Positions 1 to 13,554 of a DNA stretch of 64,000 bases are shown one piece after another. The position numbers and the translations under genes were made by a program. The notes beneath the pieces were generated by a model. The model was not told where the DNA came from. It saw only the letters and a program-made list of their open reading frames with translations, and did not search any database. The first letter of the stretch is position 1; every line of letters starts with the position of its first letter. The stretch is from positions 106,580,001 through 106,644,000 of the forward strand of contig NC_086108.1 of the NCBI RefSeq assembly GCF_963921235.1. Direction: 5' to 3'. Source of the stretch: Mobula hypostoma. Its lineage: Eukaryota.

Positions 1-871
1 AGGGTGACTTGAACAGGCTGGGTGAGTGGGCAGATCCATGGCAGATGCGGTTTAATGTGGATAAATGTGAGGTTATCCACTTTGGTGGTAAGAACGGGAA
101 GGCAGATTATTATCTAAATGGAGTCAAGTTAGGAAAAGGGGAAGCACAACGAGATCTAGGTGTTCTTGTACATCAGTCACTGAAAGCAAGCATGCAAGTA
201 CAGCAGGCAGTGAAGAAAGCTAATGGCATGCTGGCCTTCATAACAAGGGGAATTGAGTGTAAGAGCAAAGAGGTCCTTCTGCAGCTGTACAAGGCCCTAG
301 TGAGACCACACCTGGAGTACTGTGTACAGTTTTGGTCTCCAAATTTGAGGAAGGACATTCTTGCTATTGAGGGAGTGCAGCGTAGGTTCACGAGGTTAAT
401 TCCCGGGATGGCGGGACTGTCATATGTCAAAAGATTGGAGCGACTGGGCTTGTATACTCTGGAATTTAGAAGGCTGAGAGGGATCTTATTGAAACATATA
501 AGATTATTAAGGGATTGGACACGCTGGAGGCAGGAAGCATGTTCCTACTGATGGGTGAGTCCAGAACCAGAGGCCACAGTTTAAGAAGAAGGGGTAGGCC
601 ATTTAGAATGGAATTGAGGAAAAACTTTTTCACCCAGAGAGTGGTGGATATATGGAATGCTCTGCCTCAGAAGGCTGTGGAGGCCAAGTCTCTGGATGCT
701 TTCAAGAAAGAGATGGATAGAGCTCTTAAAAGATAGTGGAATCAAAAGCTATGGGGATAAGGCAGGAACTGGATACTGATTGTGGATGATCAGCCATGAT
801 CACAGTGAATGGCGGTGCTGGCTCGAAGGGCCGAATGGCCTACTCCTGCACCTATTGTCTATTGTCTATTG
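1..871 (+). mobile_element. CR1-type LINE 3' end (ORF2 RT C-terminus, 3'UTR, (ATTGTCT)n tail); runs off window start
   Basis: ORF 9..551 has CR1 motifs (LYKALVRPHLEYCVQFWSP, VQRRFTRLIPG); frameshifted continuation 515..736 (FFTQRVVDIWNALP); ends cctattgtctattgtctattg. Confidence 0.92.
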
Positions 872-2886
872 AATGGGAACTGGAGTTATAGGGCTGAGGA
901 TGGGGCAGTTGGTATACAAGTAGAGACAATGTGTGGTAAGTCTGAGAATGGACAGGCAGATGATAAAGCAATACTGCGGTCAGTGGGTTGAGTTAAAGTG
1001 TAACAGGGAGCCAACATCAAAAAGGGTGATGAATACAGGACTGAGGGTGTTATATTTGAATGCTCACAGTATATGGAATAAGGTAGATATCTTGTAGCAC
1101 AGTTAGAGATTGGCAGATATGATGTTGTGGGCATCACTGAGTAGGGGCCGAATGAAAATCATAGTTGGGAGCTTAACATCCAAGGATACACATTGAAACA
1201 ATAGGCACACAGGCAGAGGGAGTTGGATGGCTCTGTTGGTAAAAAGTGAAATAAAATAGATAGAAAGAGGTGACATAGGATTGGAAGATATAGGATCATT
1301 ATGGGTAGAGTTAAGAAACTACAAGGGTAAGAAGACCTTGATGGGAGTTATACACAGACCTCTGAACAGTAGGCAAGATGTGGCTACAAATTACAAGGGA
1401 AAATAGAAAAGGCAAAGCCACAATAATCATTGGGGTTTCAAAATGCAGGAAGATTGGAAATTCAGGTTTGTAGTATGTATGTATTGTAGAAGAAAGGAAT
1501 TTACAGGCCAGTTGGCCTGAGTTCTGTAGTAAGAAAGATTTTGGAGTTTACTATTAAGGATGATGTTTCAGGATATTTGGAAGCACATTATAAACTAGGC
1601 CAAAGCCAGCATATTTTTCTTTTGTGGAAATTTTGCCTAACAAATCTGTTGGAATTTTATGAGGAAATAACAGGCAGGTTAGACAAAGGAGAGTCAGTGG
1701 ATGTTGTTTATTTGGATTTTCAGAAGGCCTTTGACAAGGTGCCACACATGAGGCTGCTTAACAAGATAAGAAAGAGCCCATACTATTACAGGAAAGGTAT
1801 TAGCATAGATAGAACACTGGCTGATTAGGAAGGGAATGAGTGGGAGTAAAGGGGGGCTTCCCTGGTTGGCTGCCAGTGATTAGTGGGGTTTCGCAGTGCT
1901 CAGGGCTGGGACTGCCTCTTTCATGCTATATAACAATGACATGGATGACAAAATTAATAGCTTTATTGCCAAGCTTGTGGACAATATGAAGATAGGTGGA
2001 GGGGCAGGTGGCATTGAGGAAGCAGAGTAGCTGCAGAAGAACATAGACAGATTTGGGGCATGGGCAAAGAAGTGGCAGATGGAATACAATGTAGGGATGT
2101 GCATGGTCAAGCACTTTGGCAGAAGGGATAGATTATTTTCCAAAAGGGGAGAATTTCAGAAGTGCTGAGTGACTTGAGAGTCCTTGTGCAGGATTCCCTA
2201 AAGATTAACTTTCAGTTAGTTGTAAGGAAGGTAAAATGCAATTGTTAGCATTCATTTTGAGAGGATTAAAATACAAAAGCAAGGATGAAATTCTGAGGCT
2301 TTATAAGACATTGGTAAGATTGCACTTGGAGTATTGTGAGCAGGTTCTGGCCCTTTATCTAAGAAAAGATGTGCTGCTCTTGTTTGGAGATGGTCCAGAG
2401 AAGGTTCACGAGAATGATCCCAGGAATGAAAGGATTAACATATGAGGAGTATTTGCCATCTCTGGGTCTGTACTTGCTGGAGGTTATAAGAATGGGGGGG
2501 GAGGGGGGGGATCTCGCTGTAAAATATTGAATATTGAAAGGCCTAGATAGAGTTGACATGGAGATGTTTCCTACAGTGCAAGAGTCTAGGGCCGGAGGAC
2601 ACAGCATCGGAATTGATGGATGTGCATTTGGAACAGATCAGGATTTTCTTTTTTAGCCAGAGGGTGGTGAATCTGTGGAATTCATTGCCAGAAACAGCTG
2701 TGCAGGTCAGTTCATTGGGTATATTAAGGCAGAGAGAGATAGGCTCTTGATTAGTCAGGGCATCAAAGATTACAGAGGGAAGGCAGGATAATGGGGTTGA
2801 GGGGGTTAATAAATCAGCCATGATAGAATAATGGAGCAGTCTCGATGCACCAAATGGTCTAATTCGGCTCCTGTGTCTTATTATGT
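872..2886 (+). mobile_element. Old CR1 LINE, internally deleted ORF2 (endonuclease start, RT fragments, 3'UTR)
   Basis: LRVLYLNAHSI-like endonuclease start near 1040; ORF 1541..1828 VDVVYLDFQKAFDKVPH; ORFs 2236 and 2553 CR1 C-terminal motifs; many stops and frameshifts. Confidence 0.85.
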
Positions 2887-3770
2887 TCTCTGATAGAGCA
2901 GATCTCCCTCACAAATGTGCTTGGCACAATATCCTAATTGAAAAGTTATTACCCTTCAATCATCAGTCTCCTGAACTAGCATGGACGTTTTCACTCACCG
3001 CAACACAAAACTGACCATTGAATGCACTCTCTAAGACTCTATAACTCATGTTCTCAGTTTTATATTTTATTTATTTATTGATCATTATTACTACTTTTTT
3101 TCTTTGTTCTACTGTGAATATCTGCAAGAAAGTGAATCTCAGGGTAGTACTATTTGGTGGTATATACGTATTTGTTAATATATTTACTTTGAATTTTAAA
3201 CTTTGAAATATTGGATCTTTGCTTGGAGCAAAGAGCCCACTGCTTGAAGTTGGGACTAAGGTGGGAGGCTCCTTTCAGGCCAATCTTTTATGTCATAAAC
3301 TTTCCATGATTTAGAGATTATGAAAGGGCCTTGGGCTGATTAATACTCAGGTTGCACAGAGTTTTTGAACAGCAGAGGCTTTTTGTCCCATCATGCTTTG
3401 CTTCTCATCAATCACTGCTTTCTATTGCCTGGGAAATAATTGTTTTACAGACATTCAGAAAGTATGCACCACTGAGTTGGCTTTCCAATTTCTAAAGCAT
3501 AACAGCTGACCAAGCACTGAGGATTAATGTGTTTTGAAATTGGAACACTTGACGAATGTGTTTCCCCACCCAGGGATAAAGTCTTCGAATAATGCCCTCA
3601 GTTCTCTGCTTTTGGACATGTCACTTCTTAAAAGTTTATCTCATTAGTCAGTGGTGTTGGACATGAAAAGTCAAGAGCCAGTGAAGCCTTGTGGTGAAAG
3701 TTAGGTTGGGGAGAGTAGGTGGGCAATACCAATAGAATGCAGAACATACACTGAGTGGCTACTTAAGGTA

Positions 3771-5135
3771 GAATCACAATCAGGTTTAATATCACCGGCA
3801 TATGCACTGAAATTTGTTGTTATGTGGCAACAGTACATTGCATATAAGACCATAAGACAAAGCAGAAGTCAGCCATTCGGCCCATCGAGTCTGCTCTGCC
3901 ATTTTAGCATGAGCTGATCCATTCTCCCATTTAGTCCCACTCCCCCGCCTTCTCACCATAACCTTTGATGCCCTGGCTACTCAGATACCTATCAACCTCT
4001 GCCTTAAATACACCCAATGACTTGGCCTCCACTGCCGCCCGTGGCAACAAATTTCATAGATTCACCACCCTCTGGCTAAAAAAATTTCTTCGCATCTCTG
4101 TTCTGAATGGGCGCCCTTCAATCCTTAAGTCATGCCCTCTCGTACTAGACTCCCCCATCATGGGAAACAACTTTGCCATATCCACTCTGTCCATGCCTTT
4201 CAACATTCGAAATGTTTCTATGAGGTCTCCCCTCATTCTTCTAAACTCCAAGGAATACAGTCCAAGAGCGGACAAACGTTCCTCATATGTTAACCCTTTC
4301 ATTCCCAGAATCATTCTAGTGAATCTTCTCTGTACCCTCTCCAACGTCAGCACATCCTTTCTTAAATAAGGAGACCAAAACTGCCCACAGTACTCCAAGT
4401 GAGGGCTCACCAGCGCCTTATACAGCCTCTACATCACATCCCTGCTCCTATACTCTATTCCTCTAGAAATGAATGCCAACATTGCATTCACCTTCTTCAC
4501 CACCGACTCAGCCTGGAGGTTAACCTTAGGGGTATCCTGTACGAGGACTCCCAAGTCCCGTTGCTTCTCAGAACATTGAATTCTATCCCTATTTAAATAA
4601 TAGTTTGCCCATTTACTACTTCTGCCAAAGTGCATAACCATACACTTTCCAACATTGTATTTCATTTGCCACTTCTTTGCTCATTCTTCCAATCTATAAT
4701 AATATAAACTGTAACTTACAGTAAGAAGTATATATATTATTAAATAATATATAAATTAATATATATTATATAAATTAAATAGTGCAAAAAGAGAAAAAAA
4801 CAGCAGTGAGGTAGCGTTCATGGGTTCATTGTCCATTCAGAAATCGGATGGCAGAGGGGAAGAAGCTGTTCCTGAAGCATTGAGTGTGTGTCTTCAGGCT
4901 CCTGTACCACTTCTCTGATGGTAGCAATGAGAAGAGGGCATGACTTGCGTGATGAGGGTCCTTAACGTTGGATTACGCCTTTTTAAGGCATCACATTTTG
5001 AAGAAGTTCTCAATACTTCCCTCCCTGATGGTGGCAATGAGAAGAGAGCATGTCCTGGATGTTGAGGGTCCTTTTTTTTTATGGATGTTGCCTTTCTGAG
5101 GCAGAGTTTCTCAATGGTGTGGAGGGTTGTGCCCA
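3771..5135 (-). mobile_element. Rex1/Babar-type LINE 3' fragments, split by the CR1 at 3844-4697
   Basis: ORF 4894..5160 HPGHALFSLPPSGR motif; same sequence family as 17705-18385. Confidence 0.7.
3844..4697 (-). mobile_element. 5'-truncated CR1 LINE
   Basis: ORFs 4429..4665 and 4054..4410 (PHLEYCGQFWSP, FFSQRVVNL); reverse tail taagaccataagac. Confidence 0.9.
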
Positions 5136-5239
5136 TGAGGGAGCCTCTGCAGCTTTTCACATTTTACAAAAATAAAACTGGCAAGAAACATAAAAATAGA
5201 AAAAGTGTATACAAGTTCATAAAGAGAGTGAATCAAAAT

Positions 5240-8200
5240 AAATGTACATCTTTTGGAGGATAAGGCAGGGGAAATTAATGATGGAAAATAAGAAAAAGGG
5301 AGTGCCACTTTGCCTCTGGCACAGAGTCCAGCCCTGTGGCTCAGAAGGGTAGGGAAAGGAACAGGAAGGCAGTAGTGATAGGGGACTCTATAGTTACGAG
5401 TCAGACAGGTGATTCTGTGGACACAGGAAAGAAACTCGGATGGTAGTTTGCCTCCCAGGTGCCAGGATCCGGGACGTTTCAGATCGCGTCCACGATATCC
5501 TGCAGTGGGAGGGAGAACAGCCAGAGGTCGTGGTACATATTGGTACCAATGACACAGGTAAGAAAAGGGAAGAGGTCCTGAAAAAAGAGTACAGGGAGTT
5601 AGGAAGGAAGTTGAGAAGCGGGACTGTAAAGGTAGTAATCTCAGGATTACTGCGTGTGCCACGCGACAGTGAGTATAGGAATAGAATGCGGTGGAGGATA
5701 AATTTGTGGCTGAGGGATTGGAGCAGGGGGCAGGGATTCAGACTTCTGGATCATTGGGACCTCTTTTGGGGCAGGTGTGACCTGTACAAAAAGGATGGGT
5801 TGCACTTGAATCCCAGGGCAATATCCTGGCGCGGAGGTTTGCTAAGGCTACTGGGGAGAGTTTAAACTAGAATTGGGGGGTGGGAACCAAACTGAAGGGA
5901 CTGGGGAAGAGGAGGTTGGCTCACAAATAGAGAAAGCTTGGAGACAGTGAGAGAGGGACGACAGGCTGGTGATAGAGAAGGGATGCGTTCAGACCGACGG
6001 TTTGAGATGAAACTATTTTAATGCAAGGAGTGTTGGGAACAAAGCGGATGAGCTTAGAGAGTGGATCAGTACTTGGAGCTATGATGTGGTGGCCATTACA
6101 GAGACTTAGATGGCTCAGGGACAGGAAAGGTTACTTCAAGTACCAGGTTTTAGATATTTCACAAAGGACAGGGAGGGAGGCAAAAGAGGTGGAGGCGTGG
6201 CACTGTTGATCAGAGATAGTGTCACAACTGCAGAAAAGGTGGACGCCATGGAGGGATTGTCAACGGAGTCTCTGTGGGTGGAGGTTAGGAACAGGAAGGG
6301 GTCAATGACTTTACTGGTGTGCTATATAGGCCGCCCAGAAGTAACAGGGATATTGATGAGCAGATAGGGAAACAGGTCCTGGAAAGGTGTAATAATATCA
6401 GAGTTGTTGTGATGGGAGACTTTAATTTCCCAAATATTGATTGGCATCTCCCAGGAGCAAGGGGTTTAGATGGGGTGGAGTTTCTTAGGTGTGTTTAGGA
6501 AAGTTTCTTGACGCAATATGTAGATAAGCCTACAAGAGGAGAGACTGTATTTGATTTGGTATTGGGAAATGAAACTGGTCAGCTTTCAAATCTCAGTGGG
6601 AGAGCATTTTGGAGATAGTGATCATAATTCTATCTCTTTTACAATAGCATTGGAGCGAGGCAGGAACAGACAAGGTAGAGAAGCATTTAATTGGAGTAAG
6701 GGGAATTATGAGGCTATCAGGCAGGAAATTGGAAGCTTAAATTAGGAACAGATGTTCTCAGGGAAAAGTATGGAAAATATGGCAAATGTTCAGGGGATAT
6801 TTGAGTGAAGTTCTGCATAGGTACGTTCCAATGAGACAGGGAAGTTATGATAGGGTACAGGAACCGTGGTGTACAAAGGCTGTAATAAATCTAGTCAAGA
6901 AGAAAAAAGCTTACAAAAGGTTCAGAGAGCTAGGTAATGTTAGAGATCTAGAAGATTATAAGGCTAACAGGAAGGAGTTTATAAAGGAAATTAGGAGAGC
7001 CAGAAGGGGCCATGAGAAGGCCTTGGTGGGCAGGATTAAGGAAAACCCCAAGGCATTCTACAAGTATGTGAAGAGCACGAGGAGAAAGAATAGGATGAAT
7101 CAAGTGTGACAGTGGAAAAGTGTGTATGGAATCAGAGGAGATAGCAGAGGTACTTAATGAGTACTTTACTTCAGTATTCACTATGGAAAAGGATCTTGGT
7201 GATTGTAGTGATGACTTGCAGCAGACTGAAAAGCTTGAGCATGTAGATATTAAGAAAGAGGATGTGCTGGAGCTTTTGAAAAGCATCAAGTTGGCTAAGT
7301 CGCCGGGACCGGATGAGATGTACCCCAGGCTACTGTGGGAGGCGAGCAAGGAGATTGCTGAGCCTCTGGCGATTATCTTCGAATCATCAATGGGGACGGG
7401 AGAGGTTCCAGATGTTGTTACTTTATACAAGAAAGGGAGTAGAGATAGCCCAGGAAATTATAGACCAGTGAGTCTTACCTCAGTGGTTGTTAAGTTGATG
7501 GAGAAGATCCTGAGAGGCAGAATTTATGAACATTTGGAGAGGTATAATATGATTAGGAATAGTCAGCATAGCTTTGTCAAGGGCAGGTCGTGCCTTACAA
7601 TCCTGATTGAATTTCTTGAGGATGTGACCAGACACCTTGATGAAGGGAGAGCAGTAGATGTAGTGTATATGAATTTCAGCAAGGCATTTGATAAGGTACT
7701 CCATGAAAGGCTTATTGAGAAAGTAAGGAGGCATGATATCCAAGAGGAAATTGCTTTGTGGATCCAGAACTGGCTTGCCCACAGAAGGCAAAGTGTGGTT
7801 GTAGACGGGGCATATTCTGCATGGAGGTCGGTGACCAGTGGTGTGCCTTAGGGATCTGTTCTGGGACCCTTACTCTTTGTGAATTTTATAAATGATCTGG
7901 ATGAGGAAGTGGAGGAATGGGTTAGTAAGTTTGTTGATGACACAAAGGTTGGAGGTGTTGTGGATAGTGTGGAGGGCTGTCAGAGGTTACGGCGGGACAT
8001 TGATAGGATGCAAAACTGGGCTGAGAAGCGGCAGGTGGAGTTCAACCCAGATAAGTGTGAGGTGGTTCATTTTTATAGGTCAAATATAATGGAAGAATAC
8101 AATATTAATGGTAAGACTCTTGGCAGTGTGGAGAATCAGAGGAATCTTGAGGTCAGAGTCCATTGGACGCTCAAAGCAGTTGCGCAGGTTGACTGTGTGG

Positions 8201-8840
8201 TTAAGAAGGCATATGGTGCATTGGCCTTCATCAACCGTGGGATTGAATTTAGGAGCTGAAAGGTGATGTTGCAGCTATATAGGACCCTAGTCAGACCCCA
8301 CTTGGAGTACCGTGCTGAGTTCTGGTCGCCTCACTACGAGAAGGATGTGGACGCCATAGAAAAGGTGTGGAAGAGATTTACAATAATGTTGCCTGGATTG
8401 GGGAGCATGCCTTATGAAAACAGGCTGAGTGAACTCGGCCTTTTCTCCTTGGAGCGACGGAGGATGAGAGGTGACCTGATAGAGGTGTATAAGATGATGA
8501 GAGGCATTGATTGTGTGATAGTCAGAGGCTTTTTCCCAGGGCTGAAATGGTTGCCACAGGAGGACACAGGTTTAAGGTGCTTGGGAGTGGGTACAGAGGA
8601 GATGTCAGGTGTAAGTTTTTTATGCAGAGAGTGGTGAGAGCGTGTAATGGGCTGCCAGCGACAGTGGTGGAGGCAGATATGATAGGGTCTTTTTAGAGGC
8701 TTTTGGATAGGTACATGGAGCTCAGAAAAAGAGGGCTATGGGTAAGCCTAGTAATTTCTAAGGTATGGACATGTTCGGCACAACTTTGTGGGCCAAAGGG
8801 CCTGTATTGTGCTGTCGGTTTTCTATGTTTCTGTTTCTAA
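5240..8840 (+). mobile_element. Near full-length decayed CR1 LINE (ORF1 esterase + ORF2 endonuclease/RT)
   Basis: ORF1 remnant with SGNH motifs; ORF2 start YFNARSV near 6013, GDFN, SDH, PGNYRPVSLTS, SKAFDKV, KFVDD, C-terminal CR1 motifs; tail ttctatgtttctgtttcta; multiple stops. Confidence 0.93.
5375..5868 (+). pseudogene. CR1 ORF1 SGNH/GDSL esterase-like domain (frameshifted)
   Basis: VIGDSIV near 5375-5395; ORF 5440..5865 contains LPGA, VVVHIGTND and DGLHLN, the SGNH-hydrolase blocks known from CR1 ORF1. Confidence 0.85.
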
Positions 8841-9145
8841 AATATTATGTGTTGATATACATGTGACAAATAAGCTAACCTTTAGCATCCTTTCAACAAA
8901 CGTGTGAAACAGGCCCATTGATCTAGAGGTCACAGTTTAAAGGTGAAGGGTGTAATGTTTAAGGAGAACCTTAGGGGGAGCTTCTTTGTTAAGGGGGTAG
9001 TGTGAGTGTCGAATGAGCTGCCAGCTGAAGTAGTGGATGCTGGGTTCGATTTCAACGTGGCTGGAAAGCGTATGAAAGGCTATCATCTGGGTGCAGGTCG
9101 ATGAGATTCGGCAGAATAATTGTTCAGCATGAATTAGATGAACTG

Positions 9146-9416
9146 CACAATGGATGGTCCTACGCCCAACCGCAAAAGGAGTAGGATTGAGCATAGGGCC
9201 AGCAACCCCATGTGGTAAAGACTCAGAGCTACAGAAGTGCCAACAGAAGCTCCAAAGACAGGCAGGGGAAGGGTCATTGCCGAGAAAATGTGTGAAGTCA
9301 TGTGGTGAAAGACGAAGCCGCAAGGCCGATCAAACTCCAGCTCAGGACAGAGGCCTCTGGTGGTCTGCTGTTGGTGACCTACAGTATGCCCCAGTAGGGT
9401 TGATGAGCTTAATAAG
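9146..9416 (+). mobile_element. Short RTE-derived non-autonomous element inserted in a CR1 3' fragment (8920-9460)
   Basis: 3' part encodes AQDRGLWWSAVGDL, typical of RTE ORF C-termini; related copy at ~47890-48065 with (taag)n tail. Confidence 0.6.
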
Positions 9417-9954
9417 AAGGATTAGACAGGCTGAAGGACATATTTCTGTGCTGTAGTGTTCAAGGACGGTATGGCCAAATATTTTGTTCCTGTCTTCAGA
9501 AGATTAAGCACCAAGTGCTATCTAATTAAAGCACAGAATCGAGCTAAAGGAGAGAGAGGAAATTAGACTATCACAATCTCCAGAGCAGAGTTAACAGCCA
9601 ATGAATAGGACTGAGTCCCTTGCCCTTGAGATCTGTGTTCTGGGGTCACAAAAAGGTGGCTGAGCACTATGCCAACAACTTTTAAAGAAATTTGAGACAA
9701 AGCAGTCCTCTTGATTGACAGCCGATTAATCCATGCAAACATTTACTTTCTCCGTCACCAGTGCGCAGATACTGTAGTGTGCATTGTCCACCAGTAATGC
9801 AGCCATCACTCACTCATCCAGCCTGTACAAAACCTCATGAACCTGGGAATCCTCCCACCTAGAAAGACAAAGCCAGAGGGTGATGCGAGTGTGCAATGAG
9901 CTGACCGTGGAAATGGTGGATGTGGGCTCGATTGCAACAATTTGGAGTATTTGC

Positions 9955-12900
9955 ATAGAAACGCAAAAATTCACAGCACATCACAGGCCTTTTGGCCCGC
10001 AATGTCGCGCGGCCTGTGTAACCTACTCTAGAAACTGCCTAGAATTTCCCTACCACATAGCCCTCCATTTTTCTAAGCTTCATGTACCTATCTAAGAGTC
10101 TCTTAAAAGACCCTATTGTATCCACTTCTATCACCTTCAATGGCAGTGCATTCCATGCACCCACCACTCTCTGTGTGAAAAACTTACCTCTGACATCCCC
10201 CTCGTACGTATTTCCAAGCACCATAAAACTATACCCCCTCATGTTAGCCATTTCAGCCCTGGGAAAAGTCCTCTGGCTATCCACATAAATGATGCCTCCC
10301 ATCATTTTATACCCCTTTATTGTATCAGTTCTCATTCTCTGTCGCTCCAAGGAGAAAAGGCCAAGTTCACTCAATCTATTCTCATAATGCATGCTGTCCA
10401 ATCCAGGCAGCATCCTTGTAAATCTCCTCTGCACTCTCTCTATAGTATCCACATCCCTCCTATAATGAGGTGACCAGAACTGAACACACTACTCCAAGTG
10501 AGGTCTAGCCAAGAAACAATGGGCCTACCAGGACAATCCTGGATTTGTGGATCTTGGGTAAAGTTCTCGGATTCTGTTGAAGGGTCATAGCCTGAATTGT
10601 CAAGTGTTTAATTCCTTTCATGGATGCTGCTTGACCTGCTGGGTTCTTCCAGTATTATAAGTGTATGGCTCTGGATTTACAGCAATTGCAGAATCTTTTG
10701 TGTTCTTAGACCATAAAATATAAGACATTCAAAATACATTTATTATCACAATGTGTATGCAGTGTACAACCCAGAGATTCATTTTTCCACAGACAGCCAC
10801 AAAACAAGGAAAACTATGGAACTCGTTCAAAGAAAAACATCAACATTCCCCCCACCACCACAAAAAAGTACTCCATTTGGGGGCTAACTAAGGTCTTATG
10901 TAGCTGTAACATCACCTCACAGCTCTTGAACTCATTCCCATGGTTGATGAAGGCCAATGCATTAACTTCCCAAATATTAATTGACATCTCCCTAGAGCAA
11001 GGGGTTTAAATGGGGTGGAGTTTGTTAGGTGTCTTCAGGAAGGTTTCCTGACACAATATGTAGATAAGCCTACAAGAAGAGAGGCTGTACTTGATCTGGT
11101 ATTGGTGTCAGGTCTCTCAGTGGGAGAACATTTTGGAGATAGTGATCACAATTCTGTCTCCTTTACCATAGCATTGGAGACGGATAGGAACAGACGGGGT
11201 AGGAAAGTGTTTATTTGGAGTAGGGGGAAATATGAGGCTATCAGTCAGGAACTTGGAAGCATAAATTGGGAACAGATGTTCTCAGCGAAATGTACGGCAG
11301 ACATGTGGCAAATGTTCAGGGATTACTTACGTGGAGTGCTACATAGGTATGTTCCAATGAGACATGGAAAGGATGGTGGGGTATAGGGACCGTGGTGTAC
11401 AAAGGCTGTTGTAAATCTAATCAAGAAGAAAAGAAAAGTTTACGAAAAGTTCAAAAAACTAGGCAATGATAGAGATCTAGAAGATTATAAAGCCAGCAGG
11501 AAGGAGTTTAAGAATGAAATTAGGAGAGCCAGGAGCCATGAGAAAGCCTTGATGAGCAGGATTAAGGAAAACCCCAAGGCATTCTACAAGTATGTGAAGA
11601 GCAAGAGGATAAGATGTGGGAGAATAGGACCAATCAAATGTGACAGTGGAAAAGTGTGTATGGAACCAGAGGAGATAGCAGAGGTACTTAATTAGTAATT
11701 TGCTTCAGTATTCACTACAGAAAGGATCTTGACAAGTGTAGGGATGATTTACAGTGGATTGAAAAGCTTGAGCATGTAGATATTAAGGAAGAGGATGTGC
11801 TGCAGCTTTTGGAAAGCATCAAGTTGGATAAGTCACCGGGACCGGACGAGATGTACCCCAGACTACTGTGGGAGGCGAGAGAGCAGATTGCTGAGCCTCT
11901 GGCAATGACCTTTGCATCATCAATGGGGATGGGAGAAGTTCCAGAGGATTGGAGGGTTGCAAATGTTGTTCTCTAATTCAAGAAAGGGAGTAGAGATAGC
12001 CCAGGAAATTATAGAACAGTAAGTCTTACTTCCGTTGTTGGTAGTTGATGGAGAAGATCCCAAGAGGCAGGATTTATGAACATTTGGAGTGGCATAATAT
12101 GATTACAAATAGTCAGCCTGGCTTTGTCAAAGGCAGGTCGTGCCTTATGAGCCTGATTGAATTTTTTGAGGATGTGACTAAATACATTGATGAAGTTAGA
12201 GCAGTAAATGTATTGTATATTGATTTCAGTAAGGCATTTGATAAGGTACCCCATGCAAATCTTATTATGAAAGTAAGGAGTCTGGGATCCAAGGGGACCT
12301 TGCTTTGTGGATCCAGAATTGGCTTGCCCACAGAAGGCAAAGAGTGGTTGTAGACAGGTCATATTCAGTGGTGTGCCTCAGTGATCTGTTCTGGGACCCT
12401 TACTCTTTGTGATTTTTATAAATGACGTGAATGAGGAAGTGGAGAGATGGGTTAGTAAGTTTGCTGACGACATAAAGGCTGGAGGTGTTGTGGATAGTGT
12501 GGAGGACTGTCAGAGGTTACAGCAGGACATTGATAGGATGCAAAACTGGGCTGAGAAGTGGCAGATGGAGTTCAAGCTAGATAAGTGTGAGGTGATTCAT
12601 TTTGGTGGGTCAAATATGATGGCAGAATATAGTATTAATGGTAAGACTCTTGGCTATGTGGAGGATCACAGAGATCTTGGGGTCCAAGTTCATAGGACAC
12701 TCAAAGCTGCTGCGCAGTTAAGTTCTGTGGTTAAGAAGGCATACGGTGCATTGACCTTCATCAACCGTGGGATTGAGTTTAAGAGCCGAGAAGTAATGTT
12801 ACAGCTACTGTATGTAGGACCCTGGTCACACCCCACTTGGAGTACTGTGCTCAGTTCTGGTCACAGGAAGGATGTGGAAACTATAGAAAGGGTGCAGTGG

Positions 12901-13541
12901 AGATTTTCGAGGATGTTGTCTGGATTGGGGAGCATGCCTTATGAGAATAGGTTGAGTAAACTAAGCCTTTTCTCTTTGGAACAACGGAGGATGAGAGGTT
13001 ACCTGATAGAGGTATATAAGATTATGAGAGGCATTGATCGTGTAGATAGTCAGAGACTTTTTCCCAGGGCTGAAATAACTTACATGAGGGCACAGTTTTA
13101 AGGTGCTTGGAAGTTGTTACAGAGGAGATGTCAGGGGTATGTTTTTTACGCAAAGAATGGTGAGTGCGTGGAATGTGCTGCCGGCGACGATGGTGGAGGC
13201 GGATACAATAGGGTCTTTTAAGAGACTTTTGGATAGGTCCATGAAGCTTAGAAAAACAGAGGGCTATGGGTAAACCTAGGTAATTTCTGAAGTAAGTACA
13301 TGTTCAGCACAGCATCATGGGCGGAAGAGTCTGTAATGTGCTGTAGGTTTTCTTTGTTTCTATGTTTCTACACCATATGCCTTCTTAACAACAGTGTCTT
13401 AACAAAGCTTCTTAACAGCAGCTTTCAGTGTCCTATGGACTCGGATCCCAGGATCTCGCTGATCTTCCACACTGCCAAGAGTCTTACCGTTAATATTCTA
13501 TTCTGCCTTTAAATTTGACCTACCAAAATGAACCACTCACA
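9955..13541 (-). mobile_element. CR1 3' part broken into three pieces (9955-10510, 10870-10961, 13371-13541)
   Basis: ORF 10039..10452; ...gaaggccaatgca | ccatatgccttctt... rejoins across the 10962-13370 insertion. Confidence 0.8.
10962..13370 (+). mobile_element. 5'-truncated CR1 LINE, same subfamily as 5240-8840
   Basis: ORFs 11015, 12045 and 12409 (SDH, SKAFDKVPH, KFADD); colinear with 6420-8840; tail tttctatgtttcta. Confidence 0.92.
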
Positions 13542-13554
13542 CCGTAAAGTTCTG

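Noticed and set aside
3210..3770. Possible exon after ttttacag (3450)
   Set aside because: All three frames stop within about 20 codons
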